Below, in pieces: positions 10,298 through 20,057 of a stretch of 64,000 nt of DNA. A program made the position numbers and the translations under genes. Source of the DNA: a virus (taxonomy: Duplodnaviria > Heunggongvirae > Uroviricota > Caudoviricetes). A model generated the notes under the pieces. The model was given only the letters and a program-made list of their open reading frames with translations, did not search any database and had not been told where the DNA came from. The stretch covers positions 312,029 to 376,028 of IMG/VR virus record IMGVR_UViG_3300032007_000003; one strand, given 5' to 3'. Positions within the stretch are counted from its first letter, which is position 1, and every line of letters starts with the position of its first letter.

Positions 10298-10371
10298 GAC
10301 ACGATGCTGGAGTGGTCTAACAGGTAGGTCTGCAAAACCTTTCTTCGTGGGTTCAAATCCCACTCGTGTCT
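10298..10371 (+). tRNA. trnC: tRNA-Cys (GCA), CCA not encoded
   Basis: Acceptor GACACGA/TCGTGTC, anticodon loop CT-GCA-AA, T arm GTGGG-TTCAAAT-CCCAC. Confidence 0.92.
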
Positions 10372-10395
10372 CTATGGTTTTTTAATGTAGACAAA

Positions 10396-10701
10396 ATGTT
10401 TGATATATTAGACAAAAACGAATTGACAAGAAAAGAGGTTGTATATCTTGTTATAAAGTTCTTAAAAAGGAAACGTCTTCTTGAAGAATTTTGTGAAGAA
10501 TATAAGGTATACCATAATAACAAAACTTATGACCTTAAACACACAATAGAGAAAGCTGTGTATATGTGTAATTATTTGGAAGAGTTTTTCAAGGATATTG
10601 ATTCTGCTTTTCTGTGGATGGAAACTAGAAAAGGTCATGCCTTTTGGTATAAAATCTCAGAAGAATGGATGAATTATGTGAAAGGCAAACATTTTTTGTA
10701 A
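10396..10701 (+). CDS. Hypothetical protein, paralog family A
   Basis: SAFLWMETRKGHAFW; start moved to ATG 10396 to clear the tRNA. Confidence 0.8.
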   Translation: MFDILDKNELTRKEVVYLVIKFLKRKRLLEEFCEEYKVYHNNKTYDLKHTIEKAVYMCNYLEEFFKDIDSAFLWMETRKGHAFWYKISEEWMNYVKGKHFL

Positions 10702-10720
10702 CTAATTTAAATAAAAAGCT

Positions 10721-11068
10721 ATGGATGCTCCAACATCAGTGAATAAGAAACAATTCTTTTTCTTGTTATACCAATTCATGCTTGAAAATAGAATACAAGA
10801 AGATTGGTTTAATGAGTCAAAAAGGCATAAGGGTAATTCGGAGATATATGGTATTCGATTTTATGTTGGTGATGACTTCAAAACGCATTTAATGAAGAGT
10901 ATTGAAGTCTATAGTCCTTACAATTATGATGGCACTATTTATGGTTTTTTCAGATTTATCCCTTCATGTTTCGATTATTGCTATCGTGATAGCTATGGAA
11001 ATAAAACTAAATGGGGGCTTATATCTGACAAATGGGAAAATAAATACAAACATACAATGTTGTTTTGA
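10721..11068 (+). CDS. Hypothetical protein, paralog family A (divergent)
   Basis: QFMLENRI...WGLISDKWENKY. Confidence 0.7.
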   Translation: MDAPTSVNKKQFFFLLYQFMLENRIQEDWFNESKRHKGNSEIYGIRFYVGDDFKTHLMKSIEVYSPYNYDGTIYGFFRFIPSCFDYCYRDSYGNKTKWGLISDKWENKYKHTMLF

Positions 11069-11071
11069 ATC

Positions 11072-11308
11072 ATGAAAAATATAAGAGAGAAAGCAGATGA
11101 ATATTGTAAATCTACATTGGTTGGCAGTAATTACGTAAAACGCAATGCTTATATCCAAGGTGCAAAGGATGTGTTAAAAGAGCTTTCCATGACGCTTTCA
11201 GTATCAAATGAAGAACATCTTGAGGAAAATATTATGCTATTATATAATGAATTAATGGGGGATATAAGATTGGAGAATGGAACAATTGATGATAATTTAG
11301 AATTTTGA
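11072..11308 (+). CDS. Hypothetical protein
   Basis: NAYIQGAKDVL motif common in small phage ORFs. Confidence 0.7.
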   Translation: MKNIREKADEYCKSTLVGSNYVKRNAYIQGAKDVLKELSMTLSVSNEEHLEENIMLLYNELMGDIRLENGTIDDNLEF

Positions 11309-11397
11309 GTTAAAAAATGTTAGAACGGAGTTAACAAGTTGTTAATTCCGTTTTTTTTATATATCTTTGCATATGTAATATATTGTTAGCTTTTATC

Positions 11398-11790
11398 ATG
11401 ATACAAATAGAGCGTTATGTTGATACAACATGGGATAAACCAAATATAATAACATCTAAGAAAGGAAAATACCTACTAGGTAAATTCCTAATGGAACAAG
11501 GTCTTTTGCAAGAATTCACAAGATGTTTTAAATATTTTGAGAAATATACTAATAGGGGTGAATCTAATATTGTAGATAAACTAACTTATAATGAGATATT
11601 GAATACTTGTATAAAGCGTTTAAAAGAGAGCAATTTACCCTTCTGTGAAATATTCAATTATGATTATGTGTCTATAAGTTGGTGGGTTCCAGCAAGCAAA
11701 ATTGATTGGTTTGATGTACATATGAAATGGAATGACATTATTGATAAAGATATATACATAGACGAGTATAATGAAAGCAAAGAATTATAG
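11398..11790 (+). CDS. Hypothetical protein, paralog family A
   Basis: KFLMEQGLLQEF...WFDVHMKW; promoter at 11362. Confidence 0.75.
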   Translation: MIQIERYVDTTWDKPNIITSKKGKYLLGKFLMEQGLLQEFTRCFKYFEKYTNRGESNIVDKLTYNEILNTCIKRLKESNLPFCEIFNYDYVSISWWVPASKIDWFDVHMKWNDIIDKDIYIDEYNESKEL

Positions 11791-12151
11791 AGATTTATTG
11801 ATAGAAAAACACAACCTTAAGGAGTTTATATGTTACGACATCCCTCAGAAGGAATTAGAACTACTTGTATATAGGTTCTTATGCGAGAATGGTCTTTGGA
11901 TTATAATGGTTGGCGAAGTTAGGCATTATACTAAAAAAGAAATTAGCTCTAAAGAAATATTACGCAGAATGTGTTCAAATTCGTATTGCGTAAGTGATAT
12001 ATTACTCAAAACTGAGAGTATATTTAGTTGGGGTACTGCCATGTATCCTAAGACTAATAAAAATCACTTTTGGAGTGAATTATATGAAAAATGGTGTAAG
12101 TTTCTAACCACTAAATTGCGTTTTTGTAAAATAGTACGTGAAAGATTATAA
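11771..12151 (+). CDS. Hypothetical protein, paralog family A
   Basis: RFLCENGLW...IFSW...FWSELYEKW. Confidence 0.8.
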   Translation: MKAKNYRDLLIEKHNLKEFICYDIPQKELELLVYRFLCENGLWIIMVGEVRHYTKKEISSKEILRRMCSNSYCVSDILLKTESIFSWGTAMYPKTNKNHFWSELYEKWCKFLTTKLRFCKIVRERL

Positions 12152-12198
12152 CCAATAAATTTGGTTTTTTATTTTATTTTTAATATCTTTGCAAAAAT

Positions 12199-12549
12199 AT
12201 GAAAGAAAAACCGTGTAATTATCCTTTTGAAATATTAGATGAAAAGACAATAATTACAAAGAAAGAAGCAAAAGCGTTAATCATCAAGTTCTTAAAACGA
12301 GAAAGGTGTTTCAAAGAAATGATGAGTGAATGTATGTTATACCATCATTTTAAAACTGTAGACCAAGTTTTAAACAATATGGTAAACACTGCTTACCTTT
12401 GTGATTGTTTATTCTATTCGGATAGGATATTTCCTTGGGAACTTGCCAAAATATATCATAGAGCGAATACAGATAGATACTGGGCTAAACTTAGGGATAA
12501 ATGGTGGAAGAAATTGAACTATCCAACTAGGATGACATCTATAATATGA
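12199..12549 (+). CDS. Hypothetical protein, paralog family A
   Basis: KFLKRERCF...IFPW...YWAKLRDKW. Confidence 0.8.
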   Translation: MKEKPCNYPFEILDEKTIITKKEAKALIIKFLKRERCFKEMMSECMLYHHFKTVDQVLNNMVNTAYLCDCLFYSDRIFPWELAKIYHRANTDRYWAKLRDKWWKKLNYPTRMTSII

Positions 12550-12887
12550 GCATGATAGATATAACAGACGCATACAGATTATTATATAAGTTCTTAAAAG
12601 AGGAAGGACTATTACAGACATATTGCGCACGTGTACAAGAGAATAGACTACACAATTTTAATTTCAATATGAAAGGATGGAATGCGAAAAAAATATTGCA
12701 AGATGTAATATTTCAGTATTTACGCCATGAAAATAGTTTAGCTGGCTGTTGTGCTAGACACAACAGTGCCTTTACTTGGGCAGCAACAAAAGAAGGGCAT
12801 GATTATTGGAATAAGGTGTATGAAAAGTGGGAACACTTTTTGAGAAGTAAAAACTTAGAAAAAGAATTTATTAAAAGAGAAATATGA
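12546..12887 (+). CDS. Hypothetical protein, paralog family A
   Basis: KFLKEEGLL...SAFTWAATKEGHDYWNKVYEKW. Confidence 0.8.
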   Translation: MSMIDITDAYRLLYKFLKEEGLLQTYCARVQENRLHNFNFNMKGWNAKKILQDVIFQYLRHENSLAGCCARHNSAFTWAATKEGHDYWNKVYEKWEHFLRSKNLEKEFIKREI

Positions 12888-13573
12888 GAATATGTGCATT
12901 TTCAGATATGCATGGGCAATTAGATTTCAAGATTGAACCATGCGATATCGTAATTATATGTGGTGACATAATGCCACTAAGAATACAGAGTTTTACAGGA
13001 CCAAGTGAGGATTGGCTCAGAACTGTTTTCATACCTTGGTGTACTAATCTACCTTGTGAAAAAGTATTATTCATTGCAGGAAATCACGATTTTATGCTCA
13101 TGCGCCACCCAGACAGAGTACGCTTAATGTTGAAAGGTCAAGACAAGATTACTTACTTGGACTGTGAAACTTTTGAATATAAAGGTAAAACCATATTTGG
13201 CACTCCTTGGTGCAAACCATTTGGAAGATGGGCATTCATGGAGTCATACGAAGAACAAGATAAAAGATATGCAAGATACCTTGATATAATAGATAATGTT
13301 GACATACTAATGTCTCATGATGCCCCATATGGAGTCAGTGATGTATTGCTGCAAGAGGACTGCTTATGGGCTGATGGTAGCCATATAGGGAATGAATCAC
13401 TAAGGAAACTATTGGATGCAGCCAATCCAACTCTCCACCTATTCGGGCATTTACATTCTTGTAACCATGAAAAGACAATGCATAATGATACTGCTGTTTA
13501 TTGCGTATCTTTACTGAATGAAAATTATGAAATGGTTTATAAACCGTTATATATTGAGATAGAAGATGAATAG
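12884..13573 (+). CDS. Calcineurin-like metallophosphoesterase
   Basis: SDMHG, CGDI, AGNHD, SHDAP, FGHLH. Confidence 0.92.
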   Translation: MRICAFSDMHGQLDFKIEPCDIVIICGDIMPLRIQSFTGPSEDWLRTVFIPWCTNLPCEKVLFIAGNHDFMLMRHPDRVRLMLKGQDKITYLDCETFEYKGKTIFGTPWCKPFGRWAFMESYEEQDKRYARYLDIIDNVDILMSHDAPYGVSDVLLQEDCLWADGSHIGNESLRKLLDAANPTLHLFGHLHSCNHEKTMHNDTAVYCVSLLNENYEMVYKPLYIEIEDE

Positions 13574-13733
13574 TTTTGATAAGAAATTCTTATTAAAATG
13601 TAAGAGTTGTGGACATGAGTTTTATCCTTGGAAAGCTCTTGCTGTAACTTCAGACAGAACGAATTGGAAGGAATATTTGTTTTGTCCGAATTGTCATAAA
13701 TTTGAAGATAAAGACAATTTTAGAATTGATTAA
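13566..13733 (+). CDS. Small zinc-ribbon protein (55 aa, not in ORF track)
   Basis: Hand translation: CKSC...CPNC. Confidence 0.7.
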   Translation: MNSFDKKFLLKCKSCGHEFYPWKALAVTSDRTNWKEYLFCPNCHKFEDKDNFRID

Positions 13734-13787
13734 CTTTAATTAACTCTAAAAACTTGTTTCTAAACTAAAAAACCTATATATTTGCAA

Positions 13788-14489
13788 ATGAGGAAATTTA
13801 AGAAGAATTATGAACTAGAGTTAATGATACTCAGAACGTTCTTGAAACATGTTAAGGAATACCATCTATACCATAGATTTAGATGTAGTGTTGGCTTAAA
13901 AAATAGGCGAAAAGACTTGTTCCACATAATAGCTTCTAGGACATTGACAAACTATAATGCTATATGCAAACTTGGTGAAATGGGTTCATACTATATGAAT
14001 GCCGAATCATTGGAAGATATACTTGAAACCATGCGTAGTACACATGGTGGTAAACTTAACATAGAAAACAACAGTAATTGTCAAATGTCACTGATGAATA
14101 TTGTGAATGGATTGGTTCATTCTTGTATTGAATACTCAATTACAAACGACTTCCATATCCTTGAGAAAATTGGAGAGGCTACATTTAATGAGGTTTGTAA
14201 AAACTTATTTGGCGATAAGTTTGAGGATAAGACAAAAGAAATGATGAATCCACAACAATTGGAAATGATGGAGAAATTTGGTAGATTGATGCCACCTCCA
14301 GACATGGCTAGAAAAAGACACAGAGGTGATTATAGAATGCCAAGTGTTGAAGAACGAGAAGCATTTAACAAGTGGCTTGAGGAATATTTAGCTAGGATGC
14401 CAAGAGAAATGGATATGACAGAGCCAACTAGGGTTGCTCAGTATAATCCACCTATCTTCGATTATGATGAAGATTTATATTGGGAATAA
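13788..14489 (+). CDS. Hypothetical protein (family A-like N-terminus), probably leaderless
   Basis: FLKHVKEYHLYHRF; ATG 4 nt after the -7 box. Confidence 0.75.
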   Translation: MRKFKKNYELELMILRTFLKHVKEYHLYHRFRCSVGLKNRRKDLFHIIASRTLTNYNAICKLGEMGSYYMNAESLEDILETMRSTHGGKLNIENNSNCQMSLMNIVNGLVHSCIEYSITNDFHILEKIGEATFNEVCKNLFGDKFEDKTKEMMNPQQLEMMEKFGRLMPPPDMARKRHRGDYRMPSVEEREAFNKWLEEYLARMPREMDMTEPTRVAQYNPPIFDYDEDLYWE

Positions 14490-14510
14490 TTTAGAAACAC
14501 AAATAATATT

Positions 14511-15254
14511 ATGACTGAATTTGGACAAGAGGGACATCCATGTCGAGGAAAGGACTGTAAGGATTGTGAAACTTGTATATTCGATGAGGATTTGTTCTTG
14601 GATAAAGTGAAACCAAATAAAAGAGAAAATATAATGAGTAGTAAATTATGCAATTTTTGTGCGAATTTAGAGAAATCATTTGAACACCGTGAACCTGGTC
14701 GTTTTGATGCAGCTTGTCGTGCTGTAATGTACGATACATGGAACAGTTCACGACCTAGAAGAATTGATTATAATCTCTCACAAACCCAAGACATTGTAAG
14801 ACCAACTTGGTGTCCATTGAACAACAATAAGAAAAATCCAAGTTATGTCTTTGGGGAAATGACCGCAAAAAAATTCGAGAAAGAACAATCGAAAGATGTG
14901 AAGAGTTTACCAGCAGTTCCAACAACACCACCAAAGCCAATTCCAACAGAGGCAGAGGTGTTGGAAGAGTTGAGGAAGAAGCCAGTTGAATCTCTTACGT
15001 ACAGCGAGAGAAGAACGCTTATGAAAGACCTTCCAAAACATCTTAAATGGGATGAAATTGAAGAGGGTAAGACATATGTTATTCCCAAGATAATGACTCA
15101 AGGAAGAAAGATTGTAAAGGTTTCAAATAAGACAAACGGAGTCTGTGTATGCCATGAAATCAATGAAACCACTGGCAATGAATATTCCTATACTTGTAAC
15201 ATATATCCATCAGACCTTGATGCAGTATTTATCACAGAACTTAGAGAATTTTAA
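14511..15254 (+). CDS. Hypothetical protein with Cys-rich N-terminus
   Basis: C..C..C..C and C..C clusters. Confidence 0.75.
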   Translation: MTEFGQEGHPCRGKDCKDCETCIFDEDLFLDKVKPNKRENIMSSKLCNFCANLEKSFEHREPGRFDAACRAVMYDTWNSSRPRRIDYNLSQTQDIVRPTWCPLNNNKKNPSYVFGEMTAKKFEKEQSKDVKSLPAVPTTPPKPIPTEAEVLEELRKKPVESLTYSERRTLMKDLPKHLKWDEIEEGKTYVIPKIMTQGRKIVKVSNKTNGVCVCHEINETTGNEYSYTCNIYPSDLDAVFITELREF

Positions 15255-15259
15255 ATAAT

Positions 15260-15523
15260 ATGGCAGAAAAACGTACTATAGAGAGTTGTAAAGAGGAACT
15301 TAAAAAGATAAAGGCGCATATTCATCCATCTAATCTTAAGGTGAATAAGATTTATCATATTCCTCCAGTAATCACTTTGGAAAGAATGGATATTATGATT
15401 CTTGGAATAGAAGGTGATTTCATTCGTTTCAAAAGAGTTGATAGCAGTACCGATACTGCTGAGAAAAAGATGCATAAAACTTGTATCCTTTCTAGGTTTA
15501 TTGTGAATAAAAGAAAATATTAA
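15260..15523 (+). CDS. Hypothetical small protein (resembles C-terminus of 14511-15254)
   Basis: LKVNKIYHIPPV vs IEEGKTYVIPKI. Confidence 0.7.
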   Translation: MAEKRTIESCKEELKKIKAHIHPSNLKVNKIYHIPPVITLERMDIMILGIEGDFIRFKRVDSSTDTAEKKMHKTCILSRFIVNKRKY

Positions 15524-15590
15524 CTTTTTTTAAGGTGCAAAATTTAGTTTTCTCAAAAAAAAATCATATATTTGCACAAAAAAAGAAAAT

Positions 15591-16106
15591 ATGCTATATA
15601 ATAACTTTGTAGTTTGTATGATGTCTCTTGCTTTCTTTGCTATGATTAATATGATAGTAAATGAGCATTGGACATACATCATTCTTCCAATCGGCATTCT
15701 CATTTGGGGAATATTCAAGTTCTTCGATGATAATGACAGAGAATACCTTACTAAGATGGGGATAGACCCTGATGAGTTTAATGCATTCTTTCCAGATTAT
15801 TATGGAAATTATAATAGACACCGTGAAACATATAAGGGTAATACCAATAACGGAACTGTCAACGGTAATGTTGTAACTTGGGAAATACCTCCAAAGCCAA
15901 ATGAAACAAATGCCACCGATGATATATATGGTGGCTACAATAGAGGTGGCTTTTTCCATCAAGTATATCCTAGGAAGAACCCAGCATATAAGGGAATGGT
16001 AAAGAAATGCAAAAGAAATTTTAAAATAACTGTAGAAGAAAAAAAAGTAGAAAATGAATCAAAAAAAGAACGAGTTTATCACGGCATCAACAGTTTTTTC
16101 AAGTGA
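15591..16106 (+). CDS. Membrane protein
   Basis: Two N-terminal TM segments; promoter at 15567. Confidence 0.7.
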   Translation: MLYNNFVVCMMSLAFFAMINMIVNEHWTYIILPIGILIWGIFKFFDDNDREYLTKMGIDPDEFNAFFPDYYGNYNRHRETYKGNTNNGTVNGNVVTWEIPPKPNETNATDDIYGGYNRGGFFHQVYPRKNPAYKGMVKKCKRNFKITVEEKKVENESKKERVYHGINSFFK

Positions 16107-16199
16107 TTCAGTAGATGAAAAACCTATGGCTGAAAAGATATCAACGGAGATTATGCATCCAGAGGTATATTATGGTTGAACATAAAATTACATATAATA

Positions 16200-16565
16200 A
16201 TGAGTACTAAAGAGACAAAAGTGGAAACTCCTACTGAAGAGAAGTGGGAAGGTAACGTCAAAGAATTAGAGAAGTATGGTGATAAAATGGAACACATTAT
16301 ATCTACCATCCCAACTCCTTTGTTTATCATCTTTGCTGAGTATCTTGGATATGTCAGTCAGTTCAATAAGAAAGCTGAAGATTGGTGTGATGGAAAGGTT
16401 CCAGAGGTACACGTGCAGAAAGTAATGATTGTTGAAGCTAAGTGTATATACCGTCAGATGTGTAAGGACTATGACTTGGATGATATCCAGTATTACTACG
16501 ATAGCTATTACCCGCTTATTCTGAAAGAGTTTGATGATAAACTCGCTAAGATTTGTGAAGACTAA
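16200..16565 (+). CDS. Hypothetical protein
   Basis: Start moved to ATG 16200. Confidence 0.7.
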   Translation: MSTKETKVETPTEEKWEGNVKELEKYGDKMEHIISTIPTPLFIIFAEYLGYVSQFNKKAEDWCDGKVPEVHVQKVMIVEAKCIYRQMCKDYDLDDIQYYYDSYYPLILKEFDDKLAKICED

Positions 16566-16614
16566 GTAAGATGTTGGGCTAGCTCTGATGCTAGCCCATA
16601 ATCATTTATATATT

Positions 16615-16956
16615 ATGCAAGAAGATAGAATTGCCGAATTTGTGAGGAAAAGAAGACCGTCCTCAATTACAAAAGCCGTAGAGCCTAAGAATATAAAAGA
16701 AGTCGAATTACCTTGGTATAAGAAGCCAATTTTAAAAGAAGACTTTCATACTAAAAGAGGTATGGATGGATTGTACTATGCGCAGCATAACGCATGGTCT
16801 AAAAGAACATGGATTGGACCTTATAGTTCAAATGCAGAAGCAGATAAAATAATCGAATCCTACATTATGGAATCACTAAAGGGAAGCCTTGAACATAAAT
16901 CTATGGATTCGGTACATTCAGTGATAATAGAAAATGAAAATTTCTTTACACGCTAG
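16615..16956 (+). CDS. Hypothetical protein
   Basis: Upstream ATG 16588 lies inside a GGGCTAGC/GCTAGCCC hairpin. Confidence 0.65.
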   Translation: MQEDRIAEFVRKRRPSSITKAVEPKNIKEVELPWYKKPILKEDFHTKRGMDGLYYAQHNAWSKRTWIGPYSSNAEADKIIESYIMESLKGSLEHKSMDSVHSVIIENENFFTR

Positions 16957-17200
16957 TCTGTTGTATAAATTTCTAAAACAACAAGGAGTGTTTCAAGACT
17001 ACATAATCAATGTTTGTAAACGTCATAAATGCGATGTCACAAAAAAAAATATAGAAACCATATTGCGAACATGTAATGGTATTGGCGATGCATTTATCTG
17101 GGAAGATACAAAAGAAGGACGTGATTTTTGGAGTAATCTAAATGAAAAATGGCATGACTATGAATGGGTAGAAACTCGTAGAAATAAGACAGAATTATAA
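16934..17200 (+). CDS. Hypothetical protein, paralog family A
   Basis: KFLKQQGVF...DAFIWEDTKEGRDFWSNLNEKW. Confidence 0.8.
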   Translation: MKISLHASLLYKFLKQQGVFQDYIINVCKRHKCDVTKKNIETILRTCNGIGDAFIWEDTKEGRDFWSNLNEKWHDYEWVETRRNKTEL

Positions 17201-17203
17201 TTT

Positions 17204-17449
17204 ATGACTGATTTATTACAAGTTAAACATTTCTATAAGTTCTTGAAAAAAAATAGATGTTTAATACAATTCATAGAAAATATTGTTAGTGAACATCCTG
17301 AGATAAAGGGTAAACCAATTCTAACCATATTAGAAAGATATCCTAGCGTTGGAATTGGATTTATATGGTTGCATACTAGAGAGGGTGCAACCTTTTGGAA
17401 TGAAATTGATAAGAAATGGATTAAATATTATCACGAGATAAATTGTTAA
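17204..17449 (+). CDS. Hypothetical protein, paralog family A
   Basis: KFLKKNRCL...GFIWLHTREGATFWNEIDKKW. Confidence 0.8.
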   Translation: MTDLLQVKHFYKFLKKNRCLIQFIENIVSEHPEIKGKPILTILERYPSVGIGFIWLHTREGATFWNEIDKKWIKYYHEINC

Positions 17450-17521
17450 AAATAGATAATTTTTTTGGTTAATCCAAATTTTTTTCATATATTTGCACAA
17501 GAATAAATAAGAATATCAATA

Positions 17522-18133
17522 ATGAAAATAGGTTTATTACTTGGTTCTTTTAACCCCATTACAATCGCCCACGTAGCAATGGCATCAAACGTTATTGCTA
17601 GTGGACTATGTGATAAGGTTCTATTCGTGGTTGCAAAACATAACCCTTGGAAGAAAGAAGCTCCAGCTCCATTTGAACTAAGATGCCAAATGATTGAGGG
17701 AGCTATTAAACCATTGGGCGATACTTGTGAGGTGTGTAGGTTTGAAGAGAAACATGAAGCTCCAGTTTATTCATATATTCCCATAAATGAGGCTATTGAA
17801 GCATATCCAAATGACGAGATAATCCTCATTGCTGGAACTGACACCATTGACCGTATTCCTCGTTGGAAGAACTTTGAAACCCATATCAAGGACAAGATTG
17901 GGTTTATAGAGGTTTCAAGGGGAGACTACAATAGTATGACTAATGTATCCATGCCATTTGGTTTGTATGTTGGAGTACTAGGAGATAACACCTTGATAAG
18001 AAGACTTTCAATACAAAGAATGGATGTTTCATCAACTATGGTTAGAAATATGGTATCGAAGGGTATGAATCCATATCCTTATGTTACAGAAGGAGTTGCT
18101 AAAATAATCTCAGATAATAAGTTGTATATATAA
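17522..18133 (+). CDS. nadD: Nicotinate/nicotinamide-nucleotide adenylyltransferase
   Basis: GSFNPITIAH (HxGH-like), NPWKK, IAGTD, VSSTMVR. Confidence 0.88.
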   Translation: MKIGLLLGSFNPITIAHVAMASNVIASGLCDKVLFVVAKHNPWKKEAPAPFELRCQMIEGAIKPLGDTCEVCRFEEKHEAPVYSYIPINEAIEAYPNDEIILIAGTDTIDRIPRWKNFETHIKDKIGFIEVSRGDYNSMTNVSMPFGLYVGVLGDNTLIRRLSIQRMDVSSTMVRNMVSKGMNPYPYVTEGVAKIISDNKLYI

Positions 18134-18135
18134 AA

Positions 18136-18654
18136 ATGGAAGAAAAGAAAGAATTTAATAGAGGCGACTTTCTCAAAAGAGATAACAGAAGAGGAAGTTT
18201 CATGATATATGAGGGTAATAACATATCAGATACTTGCGTTAAGAAAATGACATTGGTATGTGCATATGACCCTGAAAAGTATATGCAAACAGAAATGGGT
18301 TATGACCATGTTCCATATCTTGATGTCTCTACAAAAAAACATAGATGTGCTGACACAATTGATACTGAAAAGGAAGATTTTTGGATTAAGTTATGCACAC
18401 CATCCGAGAAAGAAGAAGCAATAAAAATCCTCAAAGAATATGGATATATTTGGGATGAGGAAAATCTTGCAATGGTTGATATCCTAACTGGGGAAATCGT
18501 CAAGAAAATCATTATTCCAGATAATAAGTATTATGGAGAGGTTATTAAACCAATAACAGAAACTTCAAAAAATATGTTGAAACAGTTCTGTCTCAGCAAA
18601 AGTAAACCCATTTATACCCCAAACTATGGAGAGGATTGGGATTGTTGTTATTAA
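18136..18654 (+). CDS. Hypothetical protein with family B-like motif
   Basis: CTPSEKEEAIKILKEYGYIWDEE. Confidence 0.7.
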   Translation: MEEKKEFNRGDFLKRDNRRGSFMIYEGNNISDTCVKKMTLVCAYDPEKYMQTEMGYDHVPYLDVSTKKHRCADTIDTEKEDFWIKLCTPSEKEEAIKILKEYGYIWDEENLAMVDILTGEIVKKIIIPDNKYYGEVIKPITETSKNMLKQFCLSKSKPIYTPNYGEDWDCCY

Positions 18655-18670
18655 TTAATAAGAATGACCT

Positions 18671-18832
18671 ATGGAGAAATACCTTAGATGGCGTTTTATG
18701 TGTGACCCATACGTTAGAAACAAATATGGGCGATACTGTGAAGAGTGGCTTAAAGGTGTCACTGAGGAACAACTTGCATATTTCAAAGAGGAAAGAGAAC
18801 GCCTAGTTAAAATGGGAATATATAAAGAATAA
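18671..18832 (+). CDS. Small hypothetical protein (53 aa, not in track)
   Basis: Hand translation MEKYLRWRF...; fills the gap. Confidence 0.6.
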   Translation: MEKYLRWRFMCDPYVRNKYGRYCEEWLKGVTEEQLAYFKEERERLVKMGIYKE

Positions 18833-18838
18833 ATAACA

Positions 18839-19198
18839 ATGATTAGTGCAAAAGATTTAAGAAGATGTATTGATAACCTAGCAGAACTTAACGCTAGTGC
18901 TGATACTTCCTCCAAACGTCTTATCCTAGAAATTGGATATATTCTTAAAACTGAATTGAATACAGTGGAAACATGGGATAATCAATTTAAGGGAGATAGA
19001 AATCGTGGATATGGAGATATCGATGTTAAGAAACTGCTTGAGGATAACACACAACTCTTCAATGAAAATAAACAATTACAAGACCTCAATATGAAGCTTA
19101 AAGAGGTCATTGATAAACGAATACCAAATGTAGAAAAAGGTATCAGTGAAGTCAATAGAAAGTTTAATTTAATGTCTGAAACTATTAATAAATTGTAA
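18839..19198 (+). CDS. Hypothetical coiled-coil protein
   Basis: Heptad-rich C-terminal half. Confidence 0.7.
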   Translation: MISAKDLRRCIDNLAELNASADTSSKRLILEIGYILKTELNTVETWDNQFKGDRNRGYGDIDVKKLLEDNTQLFNENKQLQDLNMKLKEVIDKRIPNVEKGISEVNRKFNLMSETINKL

Positions 19199-19260
19199 AA
19201 AACTCGTAATTTATCAAGAAAAAATTTGGTATTTACGAGTTTTTTTCATATATTTGCATT

Positions 19261-19443
19261 ATGGCAAAAGAAAGTGTTTTAAAAGAAGCCATCGCTAAAC
19301 TAAAATATAATAGCGGTGTCCTAAAGGAGAAAAGAACTAAGTGTTCATCTACCAAAGAAGTGGCTGAGATTGATAAACAACTCGCTCAGAATGATAGTAT
19401 GATACTTGATTATGAATATAGAATTAAACATAACTTGGGATAA
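19261..19443 (+). CDS. Small hypothetical protein, probably leaderless
   Basis: ATG 5 nt after -7 box at 19249. Confidence 0.7.
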   Translation: MAKESVLKEAIAKLKYNSGVLKEKRTKCSSTKEVAEIDKQLAQNDSMILDYEYRIKHNLG

Positions 19444-19445
19444 AT

Positions 19446-19817
19446 ATGAATAAAGAAATTATGAGCAACCCATCAGAGGGTATCTTTAAGAAAATTGGTA
19501 AAGCAATATCTAATTTTTTAAAATCAGAACTATTCAAGTTTATAGTGTTCATCTTCATTTTATGCGGAATTGTAGCATTGGCACTTTCATATTTGGTGTG
19601 GCAAGATAGAAAGGACTATCCCTATGGAGAGTATGAAATGACTTATCGTGTGTATTATAATGAAAACAATGTGAAGGAATATACCATCACGCATAATAGA
19701 CCAATCATTGTTCGTTCAAATAGAGGTAGTAATGAGGTCTATAAATACAATAGTGGTATTATTGTTCAAACAAGTGCCCCAATTGAAGTTGTAAAATACG
19801 TAAACCATAAGAAATAA
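19446..19817 (+). CDS. Single-pass membrane protein
   Basis: TM FIVFIFILCGIVALALSYLVW. Confidence 0.7.
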   Translation: MNKEIMSNPSEGIFKKIGKAISNFLKSELFKFIVFIFILCGIVALALSYLVWQDRKDYPYGEYEMTYRVYYNENNVKEYTITHNRPIIVRSNRGSNEVYKYNSGIIVQTSAPIEVVKYVNHKK

Positions 19818-19822
19818 CAAAT

Positions 19823-20056
19823 ATGAAAAAACTCTTATCACTCTTAGTCTTCTGCGCATTGCTGATTGCATGTGCAGAGAAGAATCCAGATGGCTCTATC
19901 AAGTTAGATGTAGGTGCTGATAACCCACATACTACCGTCATTGATTCATGCGAGTATATCGTTTGGGGTCATGGTTTGACTCATAAGGGAAACTGTAAGT
20001 ATTGTGCAGAAAGGAGAAAACAAGAGATTAAGAAAATAATTGAGAAATCATATTGA
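19823..20056 (+). CDS. Small lipoprotein
   Basis: MKKLLSLLVFCALLIAC lipobox; CEY..GH..THKGNCKYC. Confidence 0.7.
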   Translation: MKKLLSLLVFCALLIACAEKNPDGSIKLDVGADNPHTTVIDSCEYIVWGHGLTHKGNCKYCAERRKQEIKKIIEKSY

Positions 20057-20057
20057 C

